Origin: Sphagnum compactum
Taxonomy: Eukaryota
DNA length: 64,000 bases
Assembly (NCBI GenBank): GCA_965153455.1
Contig: OZ234493.1
Location: forward strand, 3,596,001-3,660,000
Direction of reading: 5' to 3'
The notes under the pieces were generated by a model. The model had not been told where the DNA came from, searched no databases, and was given only the letters and a program-made list of their open reading frames with translations. Positions 1 to 13,230 of the stretch are shown here, one piece after another (positions within the stretch are counted from its first letter, which is position 1; every line of letters begins with the position of its first letter). The translations under genes were made by a program, and so were the position numbers.

Positions 1-778
1 GCAACTATTTAAGGTTATTTTAGGTGATTTTAAGGTAATTTAGGTAATTTTACTTTATGCTACTTTTGATTATTCTAGGTTATTCGACCTTAGACAATTT
101 TAGGCCATTTGCAATTATTATAGGTTAATCCATTTTAAATTATTCTAGTTTATTTTATTGTAATATGTTTTTGGTTATTTTAAATTATTCCACCATAAGT
201 TGTTTTATGTTATTATAAAATATTATTAATTATTTTACCATATGTTATTATAAGTTATGTAATGTGAAATTGTTTGGGCTATAACCCTAAGCTATAATCT
301 AGAATAACCTATGGTATAGTTGAAGGTAAAATGATCTAAAATAGTGGAAAATAACTTAAAATAGAATAATTAAAATATTTTACAGTGAAATATCTAGAAT
401 GATTGAAAATAAATTATAATGCTTGAAGGCGGAATAAATTATAAGTACTAAAAAAAGTTTAGTATTGATAACTTAAAATAACCTAACGAAAAAGTGTGAA
501 ATATAATAATTAAAAATAATGTAAGATAAAATAACCTATAATAGCCTATGGTAATATAACCAAAAACATTTATATTAACAACAGTTTAAAAACCTATTTT
601 TTTGAATTATAATGAATTATTTCAATTAATAGTGAATTATGTCAATTAGTGGTGAAACAAAATGATGACATAATGACCCTATAATGATATTTTTGTAGGC
701 AAGGTGAAATGATTAAAGTGAGGTGAATTTATTTCATGTTTGAGTCCCATAATGATTTAAGGTATTGAATTACACCCC
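1..778. mobile_element. Foldback-like non-autonomous DNA element, copy A (left arm truncated by window edge)
   Basis: Degenerate ~10-11 bp modules read TAGGTTATT-like in 1-290 and AATAACCTA-like in 300-560 (mirror symmetry). 620-778 aligns by eye to the reverse complement of 59749-59915 and ends in GAATTACACCCC. Confidence 0.6.
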
Positions 779-1139
779 ACAGTTGGATTATTGAAATTTG
801 GGTTTTTCTAATGAAAATCTTTAGTCAAAATAAACTTGTTTTTATTTTAATAATGTCATGACAAACAAGTTCCATGGATCATGAGATCCCAACTTTAAAC
901 CTTACTAATATTTAAGTTGAATGTTTGATTGCCATTTGTTTATTCACATGTTTTATGTATATTCTACCTAGGGGTGACCTTATGTGTTAACATTTTACAT
1001 TACACAATGTCAAAACGTGTCTTTCATAACTAGAACATTTCACAATTATGTTTTAATTTAGTTATGAAATCATATGTCCTTAATCATATATTCTTAGTCA
1101 TCTTTGCAACTACATTATGATTGCTTATGATTACATGAC

Positions 1140-1580
1140 TATTAAGTAGATTTTTTAAATGCTTGGTTAACATGTATCTTACATACTACCTACTTAATAA
1201 TATGTACATTAGATATGTATTAGTTTGATACCTACCTTAGATACCTATTTAGTAAGTATTTTGTTAGTTGCTATTAATTGAATAATAGGTACCTATTAAA
1301 TACAATATTTAATAGATACCTAGGTAAATATGTGGTACATACTACCTACTTGGTAAATACCTAATAGGTATTTAAATTTTTTTACTAATATTAATATTAG
1401 ATACCTACTAGTACCTATCCTAGATACATAATAATTAGATTGATATTTATTAATATGTATGTATCCCACTAGCTAGGTAGTAAGTGCCTACCTCACTAAA
1501 TACCTATCTATTAGTAAGTATCTATTTAATTACTAATTAATTATTATTTAAGTAAATATGTACCTTGTTACCTACCTCAA
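1140..1580. repeat. Degenerate AT-rich TACCTAC/GTAGGTA low-complexity repeat
   Basis: Many copies of tacctac(t)/gatacct/taggta in both orientations; similar sequence at ~45345-45480. Confidence 0.5.
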
Positions 1581-1599
1581 GCTCTAGAAATAATCTTTG

Positions 1600-1856
1600 A
1601 AATACAAAGGAAAACACTGAAAAATCAATGTTGAAAAAATAAGCTTTCCAACTTACAAAACACTAGTTTTTTTTTTTTTCTTTTGAGAACCCTCCTATTT
1701 TCAAACTTCATAACTTTCTTATTTCTTTTTCATTTTAAATGATTTAAAGTGCTTTAGCAGCGTCACCTGAAGTTTTACAAATCATCTTTGAACTCTAATT
1801 GCAACAGAGCAACATAATAAGAAATTTTTTAGGTGTTTAGAAATTGGCTTTGTAGT
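1600..1856 (+). repeat. Dispersed repeat (TE relic), homologous to 13815-14073
   Basis: Shares blocks such as CCCTCCTA.TTTCAAA, TAACTTTCT, and TTTTACAAATCATCTTTGAACTCTAA with 13815-14073. Confidence 0.7.
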
Positions 1857-1874
1857 AGATACCCCAAGAAAAAA

Positions 1875-1900
1875 ACACACACACACACACACACACACAC
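1875..1900. repeat. (CA)n microsatellite
   Basis: Perfect AC dinucleotide run. Confidence 0.9.
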
Positions 1901-1971
1901 ATTTTTGGGCGCTTCTAAAATTTACATTCGTCAGCAGAATGTTTTAATACCCACATTAAAAGGAAGTTAGG

Positions 1972-1991
1972 CTTCTAGAAACTTCCAGAAC
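1972..1991 (+). promoter_or_regulatory. Perfect 4-unit heat shock element upstream of Cu/Zn-SOD
   Basis: cTTCtaGAAacTTCcaGAAc = alternating nTTCn/nGAAn pentamers (HSF consensus), ~460 bp upstream of the SOD ATG. Confidence 0.65.
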
Positions 1992-2451
1992 TCCCATTCT
2001 TGAGGCAGCAACTAAGATTTAACTTCATCCGTATTTTTCCGTCGTCAAAGCATGTCATTGTATTCAGTAAAGCTCGCAGCCTCAGGCTTTACCCCCTAGT
2101 GCGTTCACTTACCATCCATCCTTCATCGATGAAGTGCGTGGTTGGTGGGTGCTGGTTCACTTTTGGCCGATGACACGGGGCCTCGATCACCCGGTGACAG
2201 ATGACCGGGATGGTAGGCGACCCACCTGCGGTAGCCGGTCAAGGCCTGGATCCTTCGGGCATGATTTCTTGGCGTCCTTTTCCAAACCCTAGTGCGTGTC
2301 CGAAACAAGAACTGCATTCTTCCTGCTCGTGTTTGCGTTTTTGTGTCGGAAATCTGCCGCGCGTCGTCTCTCGTTTTTCTTTTTTGGGGGTTTGTTTCTG
2401 TTAGTTAACGGATCGTGCGCGCAACGCCACGCCCCGCATTAAAGGTTGCAA

Positions 2452-4978
2452 ATGGCGCCGTTGAAGGCCGTGGCAGTGTTGTCAGGAACCAGTAACGTGA
2501 GTGGAGTCATCCACTTCCAGCAAGAAGGAGAAGGTATCTGGCTTGCACTCCTTTGTTTCTTCTTTCTTTCTTGCCTTCATTTCTTCGGTCTGCTTTTCTT
2601 TGTATCCTAGGTTTTGCTGTGTGCAAAGGACAGCGGGTGCCTCTTTCAATATTCTACTATGTCGGTTCATTTTCCCTTGGTCTCGGGAATACAGACGTAT
2701 GCCGCATTATGAGTAGGCAACGGGAATGGTATCGCAGACTGCCACCTTCTCTATGGCAATAACCGGCTGCGTTGTAAGCATATTGTTGGGGTTGAGGGCA
2801 TAAGTGTGTGTGTGTGTGTTTTTCTTTCTTTTTCAGAGAGGTTCAAGGTGCTCTGTAATGTACTTGTCAGGTTGCTTCACGTGGTTCATGATCCTTCCTG
2901 TGTCAAATTGCTACTTGGAAGGGGAATTTGACATGAGCAAAGTGTGTGGTCCTTGGTGTAGATGGCATATGTAGAGATTGGAGGGACAATCTGTCATACT
3001 AAAGAAGGCAACTTGGGGCTTGCAATCGAGTTTTAGGACAGCAGGAATTGGCAATTAAGTCTGATGTCTGTGTGGATGTTGCATTGGCAGGTACAACTGT
3101 GACCGGAAAGGTTCAAGGATTGACACCAGGCAAACATGGCTTTCATGTTCATTCGCTGGGTGACACCACCAATGGCTGCTTGTCTACTGGTATGGACTTG
3201 CTGCTTGACCTTCTATTGAGGGAAACAATAGCAAGAATAGAAGTTGTGAATCTTCTGGGTGTGTTGACAAGCCGAATCTTTTGTTATTAGCAAATTTTTG
3301 TCTAATACATCTCTTTGGTGGGCTTCTGTGGCCAGGTCCTCACTTCAATCCCGACAACAAGGAGCATGGTGCTCCTGAGGATACCATTCGTCATGCTGGT
3401 GATCTAGGCAACATTACAGCTGGAGAGGATGGTAAGATGGTCACTAGTTGTCCTATAGCAGAAGCTGGGATGAAAATCACAAACATTATCAGGCATTTAT
3501 GTGTCAATGTACATGAACTGTGTAGCAGTTCTCATCCACTGAGAGTATGCTTGTGTTCCACTATGTCACAAAGTTCAAGAGTTGAATTTGATGGAATCTA
3601 TCCTTCTTTTGTGATTCCCCGCAATCTGTGGTTACCATCACAAGCTTGCTACAGCTTGAATGAGGGTATTATTAACTTTTTTGATGAGCTGTTTCTCTTG
3701 AGTGCTAGCCAACATCATGACTGAGTTTCCCTGTTGGTTCTGGAAACCAGGGATGCAGATTTTGCATCAGTGCCTGAAATCTTGAGTATACTATTGTAAG
3801 ACTGTTGGGAGTTGATGAAGTCATTTGGGAGGAATGACAGGTAGTAACTGCTATTCTTTCTGGTGGTGATGGTCTGATACTTTGTGAGTGAGTCTCATGA
3901 GATTATGATCATACCTATTCTTGTCATTCTCACTTTGGTTTTGATGGAATGGACACAATTGTTGCACTATATTTATCTTCAAAGCACTCTTATGGGTTTT
4001 TCTCTGCAATCTCATGTATTTGTGTGAGGGGTTTGTGCAGGTGTTGCTGAGGTTTCTCTGAAGGACTTGCAGGTACACCTTTCCTAATACCACAGAATGG
4101 TACAACCACAATTGCACTAATCTGTGATTGTACCATACATCCCCTAATGCCTTTTAGATTCCTTTTATGTACTTGCACTCTGCAAATGTTTCTTTGACAT
4201 CTGTTCTAATGAATGGAAGCTTAGTGGCACCAGGTGTGGAGAGTGGATTGCTGTTAATTGACACAAGAGAACATGAAAACACTGAATAGCTCTTACTATG
4301 TCATTGGGAGTAATTTGTGGTGGTGGATGTTGATGGGCTCTGGAGGTGATGGGCATAATCACTATGACGTATTCTCTCTCTGTTAAATGTGATTGGTGCG
4401 CAGATTCCTTTGACTGGAGTTAACTCAATTATTGGTCGTGCTGTGGTGGTGCATGCTGACCCTGATGATCTTGGCAAAGGTGTGTTCTGTGCTTCATTTG
4501 TTGTTTTGTGATCTTGATCTCCTTGAATTAATGAATCTTGTATTCATGCTGCAGTTGAAGGGGTGCATTTTCCTTCTTGTTTACATTTAAAACTGAGTTC
4601 CTATTTATATGCATGAGTTTAGGTTCCATGATGATAATGGCTGTTTGGGCTTCTAATGTGGGATTGTGCATATGACCATGTTCCAGGTGGCCATGAATTG
4701 AGCAAAAGCACTGGAAATGCGGGTGGTCGATTGGCTTGTGGTAAGAAGACTGAATGATCAGTTTTGACTTAGTTCAAGTTTTAAGGAGAAATTGATAGTC
4801 AGATTTTGTTAACATATCTTCATAAATTTGGTGGATAAAACATGCACAGATATAGGAGGAGTTTGTAGGAATTTTGTTGTTACAGTGGACCACGACTGTA
4901 TTTATTGCAGTTATTGATCACTGACTTGGTCTGGAGTGTGTCTATACAGGTGTCATTGGGTTCCAGGCAGCATCCTGA
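2452..4978 (+). CDS. CSD1: Cytosolic Cu/Zn superoxide dismutase (155 aa, 7 coding exons)
   Basis: Exons 2452-2533, 3091-3189, 3336-3431, 4041-4072, 4404-4479, 4687-4740, 4950-4978, all introns GT-AG, 468 nt in frame. Protein [12 protein letters not shown]...HGFHVH...GPHFNP...HAGDLGN...[42 protein letters not shown] has the Cu/Zn ligand motifs. No transit peptide or PTS1. A 5'UTR intron at ~2329-2444 is probable. Confidence 0.97.
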
Positions 4979-5401
4979 AAATTGGCCAGCAGCTATGCCT
5001 GATAGCCTAGGCACTGATCATGTGTGATGAAGGTGCTGAGAAGGCCATTTGAGAAGAACTTACTTTATGTGTACTGTTTATGGGAGAGGTCATGAAGTTT
5101 CCTGGGTAACTGGTTTATGTTGTCTAAAGACTATCGGAAGCAATGAAGTAATATATTTTATGTCTTTATGTGAATCTACATTCTGGAAGTTCAATCGTAA
5201 TGTTATGCAATTTGAAGGGAGCAATTGAAGTATACTTTCTGTTAATGACTTCAACAGAGAAAGTCATGCTGATCCCATCAAGGGAATGCAAGACTTTATC
5301 ATCTACTCCGCATTCCTTTCAATTTCTGTTGGTACATAGCAAGGGAGAGGGAGAGGCAGAGGAGTCAGGGAAGCATGGTCTGGAACATGTGGGGTTGAAT
5401 G

Positions 5402-5517
5402 TGTAGGGTAAAGCCCCCCCATGGTGGGGGTCATTCCCACAATAAGAGACAAAGGACAAGGTGGTAGCTGAGTCTAGGCCTGCATTTTGGGAATGTCCCC
5501 TGCCCATGGGCCCTACC
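5402..5517. mobile_element. Short hairpin (MITE-like) element downstream of SOD
   Basis: CCCATGGTGGGGGTCATTCCCACAAT pairs with ATTTTGGGAATGTCCCCTGCCCATGGG. The end motif TAGGGTAAAGCC recurs as its reverse complement at 18459-18470. Related hairpins at 44967-45065, 46329-46420, 54430-54540. Confidence 0.55.
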
Positions 5518-6881
5518 CCCACTGTAAAGAACAATGCATCATAAGCCTGAAGGACTGGGATCTTATGCTTACTTTTTTGTAGCAGGAGCAGAGACCTTTC
5601 GCTTGTAAGTGTAAGATCCCTTCTTGTTGTACACCAGTGGTTGAAAGTAGCGATTATTCTTCATAGAAGCACATTCAATGGGAAGCTCACAGTTGTATGG
5701 GGTTCAAACTTCAAATCCTTATACAAGATGCTGGATCAATAACTTTCTTTAACGTAGGGGGACCTTATTTCTGGTACTTGATCTTGAGCCAAGACACTCA
5801 AATTTCAAGTGCTTCTCACTTTTTTCAATCTTCACCAAACACCATCTATCATCTTAAAAACCGCATCATGAGCTTTCCACTGTCATTTGAAGTTTTTCGA
5901 TCAAATACCAATTTGCCTTCTGCAATTGCACTATGAATGATTGGGACCAGACCATGAATAACATCCTTGATTCCAAAATATTATATATCTTGTTGCTTTG
6001 AAGAATATTGAAGCAAAATAAAATGAACTTAAAATTACAGTTCGTTATTATACATGGAGCAAAAGACTTGTGTTGTATTGAAAGCTTCCACACATACATA
6101 TTCATGTATGAATGTAAGTACGTATACGTAAATGTACATTTAACGTATGTATAAATTAGACATAATATGTACGATATTTTGAATGTGTTATAATAAGCGT
6201 ACGCGAAGATCTTGTTCTGTCGCCGTCAAGGTTTGAAATCTCCTAGCTGCCCGATCGACCTCGCGCATGCATCGCCCGCTGTCTCCTCTCTTCTGTGTTG
6301 GTGAAGAAGACGAGGAAGAAGAAGAAGAAGGACGAAGACGACAAAGTCGAGGACTTCCAGGCAGTGCTCGAGCCGCCAGGTTTTTATAGATCGGCTGTAG
6401 CTTTGGCTGGGACTTTCTTCATATAGAAATATTTACATGCAGATCTGAAGGAATGTGAAGAAAGAATTATGCAGCAGGAGGGATTTTGTCCATGGTAGGC
6501 AGCAAGGGGTTTTGCGTCGACTAGGGAGCCTTGTGAACGATTCTTGGACAGTGTGTGACTAATCTATCATCAGGAAACAGTTGTAGTCTGTGCTTATTAT
6601 CTACATCTGCAGCAACTTTTGAATTCCTTTTGGTTTTAGAGATCTGTATGAATTAGACGTTCGCTGCAGAGGTCAATTGTTAAGGTTCTTTTATTGTTTT
6701 ACTGCATGCCGTGAATTGTTCATGATATACATAGAAAGATTTGAACAGCAAAACCACGTCGCGTGCTGCAACTGTACTGATATGCTCCTTTTATGTAAGA
6801 CGTAGATTAAGCCTGCTGCTCTAGTGTCGACATATAATTAGGTGCATATAGATCTGATTCTTGTTGAAGAGCCTGGACATC

Positions 6882-9847
6882 ATGCCAGGCTTATATCCGC
6901 AAGAGAATAATATTCAGGTTCCTAGTCCGGCAGGAGTAGTTTCTAGTGTGCAAGTACTACAGCCGCCGCCGCGTCCTGCTGCTGCGCCATTGAGGCGACT
7001 TCTGTTCGCTTGCTTCATTTGTATCACGATGTGTGTGGTGTTCTTGATACTGCTCATTATGTCCAACACTCTGAGGTTCAATCATGCAATTACATCCGGG
7101 CGCTGGTCAATTACTGTTCAGAGTTCCATGACTCATCATCATCAGCGTTTGCATCATGCTGGGCCGTTAAGAAGGAACCAGCGGCCGGGGATTGCTAGCG
7201 GTAGCGGCACCAGAGAGGAGTCGATGACGAGCCTTACGGAACATGTATCTGTGGTAAATTTTTGGGGAAGAATTCATGGTGTTGAGAGTACTGGACACGT
7301 GAAGTCGAGTCCATCATCAGGGCCGTCATCAGATTTGAGGAGGAAACCCTTGAACATGTTCCATGTACGTCAACTCTGCCCAGGCTGGAGGCATCAATAG
7401 TCTTGCTTGTATATATTGTGGTTCTCGGATGTAAGGAAAAATTCACAGTAATTATTCAGTCGATCTTTCTTGCAATTGTTGCTGACTGCAGTATGCGTCC
7501 GAAGGAAAAATTTCGTTTCCCTTTTGCAACTTGCGCTAGAATATTGCCTGCACTAGAACCCTACCTTTTTGTTCACAGCTGGTATTCATCTTTGGAGCCC
7601 TACAATTTCGTAAAATCATATCCTATTCATCAATCTCATGTGTAGCCGTAAAACCAAAGAGAAAAGTCTGAAAGGTTCTCGTCCTGCAAGCAGATTGAGC
7701 GACCGCAATTATATGCTTCTCGAATGCTCTTCATGGCATGCAGGACTAGACATTGTTGCCGGACATTGCAAGTCTGATCAAAGACGAAGAATCATCTCGA
7801 CACTAGTCGATCGAGAAACTGTACTTTGTCGGCCGTTCTAGCTAGAAGGACTTAAATTCTATTTGGGACCTTGTCGAGGATGCTTGCGAATCAATACCAT
7901 ATTGTCATGGTAAATTCCATGATAATATAAAACTGTATATAAATCTGCATGTGCAGGCTGCAGACCGGCCGCGGCTGCGTGTCAACGTTGGGAATACGGT
8001 ACCGCAGGAACTCACGATCAAGGCTGCAATGTCGCAGAGTGATCGGGGCGCAATTCATGACACACCATCTGCAACGGATGACAATATCGAGGAGCATTTC
8101 AAGGAAGTGTACCACAATCTTTCTCGATTCAAGAAGTAAGCCCATCCGACTTGTCTTCTCTCTGCATGTCCAATTCACTAGCGACTCTGTAGTTTCGTTG
8201 CGAGCACGTGGCCCCAGAAATGTTAGGGTTTGGTCTGTGGCCGAACTCCATATGAACGCCTGCACCTCCTCCAGGATTTCATCAGGCTTGCCGAGTCAAG
8301 GATAAGACAAGATGCCTAACAATATTATTACGAGATTTAATATGATGGGTTCTCGATGTAACATTTCACTTGATCGATTATATTCCGGGGTTTCGTGAGA
8401 GCAGGAGCTATGAGATGATGGAGAAGACGTTCCGGATCTATGTGTACAAGTATGGGTACAAGCCATTAGTGCACTGGGCGAAACGGAGCGGCGTCTACGC
8501 AACCGAAGGTCTTTTCCTCCAGCGCATGGAGATTCCCAACAACGGCTTCACTGTCACCGATCCCTCCAAGGCCAGCATGTTCTTCATGCCTTACAGCGTC
8601 CGACAGATGGTGGACCATCTCCAAGACCCTCATTCCAGGAGCATGCAGCCACTCAAGACGTACATTGCAAACTATGTCGAAAAGATTGCGGCAGAGTACC
8701 CTTTCTGGAATCGTAGTCATGGAGCCGACCACTTCTTCGCGTCTTGTCATGACTGGGTATGTACGTAGGGATTCTTATCTATGCATGCTGCAGAGAAGAG
8801 AACAGGAAGTGAATGTTAGATGCAACACAGAGCTATTTCTTGGGTTGCAGTCAATTTGATTTGAGAGGACCTCATAAAGCGGCATTCTGCAACTTCAAGG
8901 ACTTGTGAACTATCGTTCTTCTCGTGCACATACCGAACTTCTCGTTTCAATCTAAATGCAGATAAATTTTCTTCTAGGACACAATGTGCAAGATCGTGCT
9001 AGAGGGAACACATGATCATATGTTATTAACAATATGCGATACCGCTGTCTTTGACTTGTATTTGAAGGCCCCGGAGTCGTCTCTGAACCATGAGGAGCTT
9101 CACAGGAATGCTATGAAGGTGGTGTGCAATGCGGATGTTACTCGTCATTTTCAGATAGACAAAGATGTCTCGCTCCCACAAACAATTGTGCCTGAGTCGA
9201 TCTCCGGTCATGCTGGAAATGAAGGGTCCAAGAAACTTGCAAAAGTGATGAGTACCAGCACACTAGAGCTGCAGGAGAAGGTTCATAGTCGGGAACAGCG
9301 ACCCTTTCTTTGCTTTTATGCTGGACAGATGCATGGTCGAGTGCGCCCGGTGCTTCTCAAACACTGGAAGGACACAGACCCTTTGATGAAAATCTATGAG
9401 GTTCTACCTGCATCAATAGCAACAAATCTATCGTACGCTCAGCACATGAGACTCAGCAAGTTCTGTATCTGCCCTAAAGGTTTTGAAGTGAACAGTCCTC
9501 GTATCGTGGAATCAATTCTCAACGGATGCATTCCTGTCATCATCGCGGACAACTTCGTCCTTCCATTCGCTGATGTGCTCGACTGGAACAAGTTCTCCAT
9601 CACAGTTGCCGAGAAGAGCATACCCGATCTGAAAGACATTTTGATGGGTGTTCCAGATAAGACATACCATGCGATGCAAAGACGTTTGAAGTATGTGAAA
9701 CGGCATTTTGTTTGGAGCCAGTCACCCCCTTTACTTGTCAAGAAATACGACGTCTTCCACATGATTCTCCATTCTATTTGGACACAGTGGCAAATCAATA
9801 TTGTGCCTACCCTCAACACAGCTAGACCAGTGTCTCAAACTTCTTAG
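6882..9847 (+). CDS. Exostosin-family (GT47) glycosyltransferase, type II membrane protein (~597 aa, 4 coding exons)
   Basis: Exons 6882-7364, 7957-8135, 8405-8756, 9068-9847 join in frame (1794 nt). N-terminal TM anchor LLFACFICITMCVVFLILLIM. GT47 motifs [83 protein letters not shown]. Exons 1-2 are less certain than exons 3-4. Confidence 0.92.
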
Positions 9848-12429
9848 GAAAGGCATACGATGCAGATCTGGAGCTGCTCATGATGATGAGGCTGGCTTCG
9901 AGCTGCAAATTGCGATCCTCTTGCACAAGTGCAGAAACTTCTATAACTTGCAGACAATCATCGATCAGACGAAGGGTTATAGGGCTCAAGAGCTGCACCT
10001 GCAAATCACCCCATGTGGGTATGTACAGTACGACTCCGAGGAGGAGCTCCATGACGAATTACAACGTTACAAGTACAGGATCAGACCCGGAGTTTCCATT
10101 ACTCATGAATGATGTTGTTGGGACCTTTACTACCCTATCTCCCATGGCGGAATCTTCAGCAACAGTTTTGAATTATTATTGCTGGACTGCTTCGATGCAA
10201 GCCATTCCGAATTATAGACATGGGTGAGGCGCAAACGGTATGACCAGCCAGCCAGCCAACCAACGTAAATTTACATTCTTCAGTGTTTATGGAAGCGTCG
10301 CGCGGCCGTCAGATTGCTAACACTTCACACACTATATATAAGGTACCTTCTCGATAGAATATGCATTAGGTAGCCCTGCAGGTGATCCTGAATGCACAAT
10401 GGGTAGCATGCACTGTTCCCAGGAAAATTTGCCACCATCAAAATGTGTTCATGGATCTGATTGCAACTTGTTAAAGAACTACAGTACTGTGTCCAATTAC
10501 ATGTAGAGTGATTAATGCGGCCCTTTGGTATTTCGGTGGTGCATTCATTCTCTTGGGTATTCGTGTTTCACATGTTAGAAGTCTCGTGCATTTATAATTC
10601 ATATGGCATCCTGGTGTGCAGAGAAAGAGTCTCCTTGTATGCAGGATCAAACCCTCTCTAAATCAACTTTGAGCAGTCCAAATTGAGGTATGATCCTCCT
10701 TTGGTTTGGCCCATGAAGGCATAGGAAATAATTACTTGGAGGTTTGGGTAATATGTTGCCTCCAACACGTTGCTCTCAATATTTGATTAGGTAGTTCGTC
10801 ATTTTTGTTGGTTTTTTGCCCATTGGGAAAGAGATTAAGCATTGGGTCAAGGCAAACTACGATGGATCAAAAATATAACAATTGAGAGTACATATGAGGG
10901 TTCATATTTAATGTATTTCAAGCCTAGTGAAATTAGACCCCAAATAAATTTAAACCATGTTGAAATTAACAATTGTTTTTAATTTGCAAGTTCATATCAC
11001 CTTAATTTAAGCCTTTTAAAACATGTCTCTTAAATATTGGTCTAAACAATCGATTTAGATATCAAAATGGACTTTATGATATTCAATGATTATTAGAATT
11101 TTACTTAAATCTTGAAAAAAAAAAGGGGACTCTTTTTTACTTGATTTTTTTATTTGAAATGTTTTTATATATTTCAATGTGAATTGGTTCATTTAAAATT
11201 ATGAGCATGTTTTCCAACTTCTCTAGAAATAAAAAAGTCTAAAACTTATGGTTATTTGGATTGTGCCCCAATTGTATCTTACATTGCAAAGTTCACCTTG
11301 GATTCGATATTACTATTTTTGTGTAAGATTTTCAAAGTTGTAGGATTATAATATAATTTTCAATTTCTCATTTCATTTTTGATATATTTCTCAAAAGGGG
11401 CAAACACACTAAAAAGGAGTCAAGGGTGCTAAAGTCAAAATCTTTTCCAAGGATTGAATTTGACACATGACATTCCTGTGTTGATCTATTTTCTTAAATT
11501 TTCCATTTTTCATACCCAATTTGCAACTATGTGATTAATTAAAAAAAAATTCTCCATCTTGGTCTATCTAATTTATAGTATGCATTCATGCTTTGAATAA
11601 CATAAAAATGAATAACTTTTGTTAAAAGCACATTTTCAAAATCAAAAACATGTTTGAAGCAAATGTGTTCAAATTGTGTTTTAAAATGAATTTCAACAAT
11701 TTCAAGTGTTTTGGTTTTTATGATCATCAATTTATAGTGAAGATCTTTGCTAATTTTGAGAAGGAATGGTGTACATTTCATAATTAAAAAGGATGTTAAA
11801 AAAAAAACCATTGTCCACAATTGTCTTGAACATGCAAAAGGATTTAAAGTTCCTAAAAAAGACACCTTTCTGATTTTTCAATGAAACAAAATTACAATTT
11901 TAAGCAATGTTGTAATAACATTATGTGGTTTGTTTTGTTATGGTTCCACCCTAAATGCATTTGAGTTATATACAACAAGATTTGGCAAACCGAAAAAAAT
12001 TGAAACGATGATTTCCAACAAGTCTATTGTAGTGTGCTTTCACCCACTTGGTGTAAGGTTTGGGCACATAATTTGGGTTAGACTTAACCTGTTGTGTTTA
12101 TTTGGAGTATTCTAGTGTGCATGTGATGGATGAAGATGTTCCATATGAGTGCATGCATCTACATGATAATTTTTTAATGTAATACGAGAAATTATTAATT
12201 TGAAGTTTGAACATGACATAAAAGTAAACCCATTATGTGATGATTAAGTTGCCACCAAGTAGCAACTTTTTTAAGGAAAAATGGACTTTCCTTAAAGATA
12301 AAGTGACTAAATGGTTGCCCCAACCAAGTTCCTCAATGGAGAAAGGGATTTTCCTTCCCCAAAAAGAAGGGGACTAAGTTGCCCTAGGGATAAAAGGATT
12401 TTGGATTTGTCAAAATTGAAAGTTCTTCA

Positions 12430-13230
12430 TACCGTTGGAAAACTATCAAAACATAAATGTCGAAAGTGAGTTCACATTTTCCATTTGAAAATATGAGTTG
12501 AAAGTTATTGCCAAAATATGGTTCAAAAATTAAATTAGCAATTCGAATTCTAACCATTAAAACTAAAAATGAAAACTAAATGACTTTTGATAAAAACATG
12601 CAACATTACATTGGAAAGATCATATAAAAGTTTATAACTTTGTAGTTGAAAGTTGTTCAAATGGAAATCACATGTGGAAATTATGAGCCTACAAATTTGC
12701 GAGACCATGTTGTTTACAATGAACTTGAGCTGAAAAAATGGTTCATGGGCAACTTGGATGAGTTCTCTTGGAGCAACAACCCCAACCATGTGTTTTATGG
12801 GGAACTAAGCATGGTTCCCTAAACAATTCGATTGGGGTTGCCATTTAATACGCTTCTCCTTGAGGAAGTTGCTCCTTGAGGAAAGTTTTTTTTTTCCTTG
12901 GAGAAGTTGCCCTAAGCAAAACACATTGAAGTTGCCCCATAACCATATTTGGGTCCCTAAAGAACACATGAATTGTAATTTTTTGTGCAAATAACTTTTC
13001 CATATGAATTCCATTTGAAGAGCTTTCAACTACAAAGTTGTAGCCTTCAATAAGATCTTTCCAATGTTGTGTCACACATTTCTATTAATTGTCTTTTGAC
13101 CCTTGTTTTGCAATATCAATGGCTAAAAATCAAATTACTAAATTGACGTAATTTTAAACTAATGTTTTCAAATTGATAATGTGAGCTAACTTTCAATGTC
13201 TATCTTTTTGAAAGTTCTTCAACAATATAA
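12430..13230. mobile_element. Element with ~280 bp inverted arms (MULE/foldback-like, non-autonomous)
   Basis: 12596-12700 (ACATTGGAAAGATC...AACTTTGTAGTTGAAAG...TTCAAATGGAA) is the reverse complement of 12975-13075. 12450-12492 mirrors 13160-13202. No intact transposase ORF. Confidence 0.65.

Noticed and set aside
9801..10227. Overlapping 103-115 aa ORFs after GT47
   Set aside because: Located in the 3'UTR region, with no recognisable domain and no independent promoter evidence.
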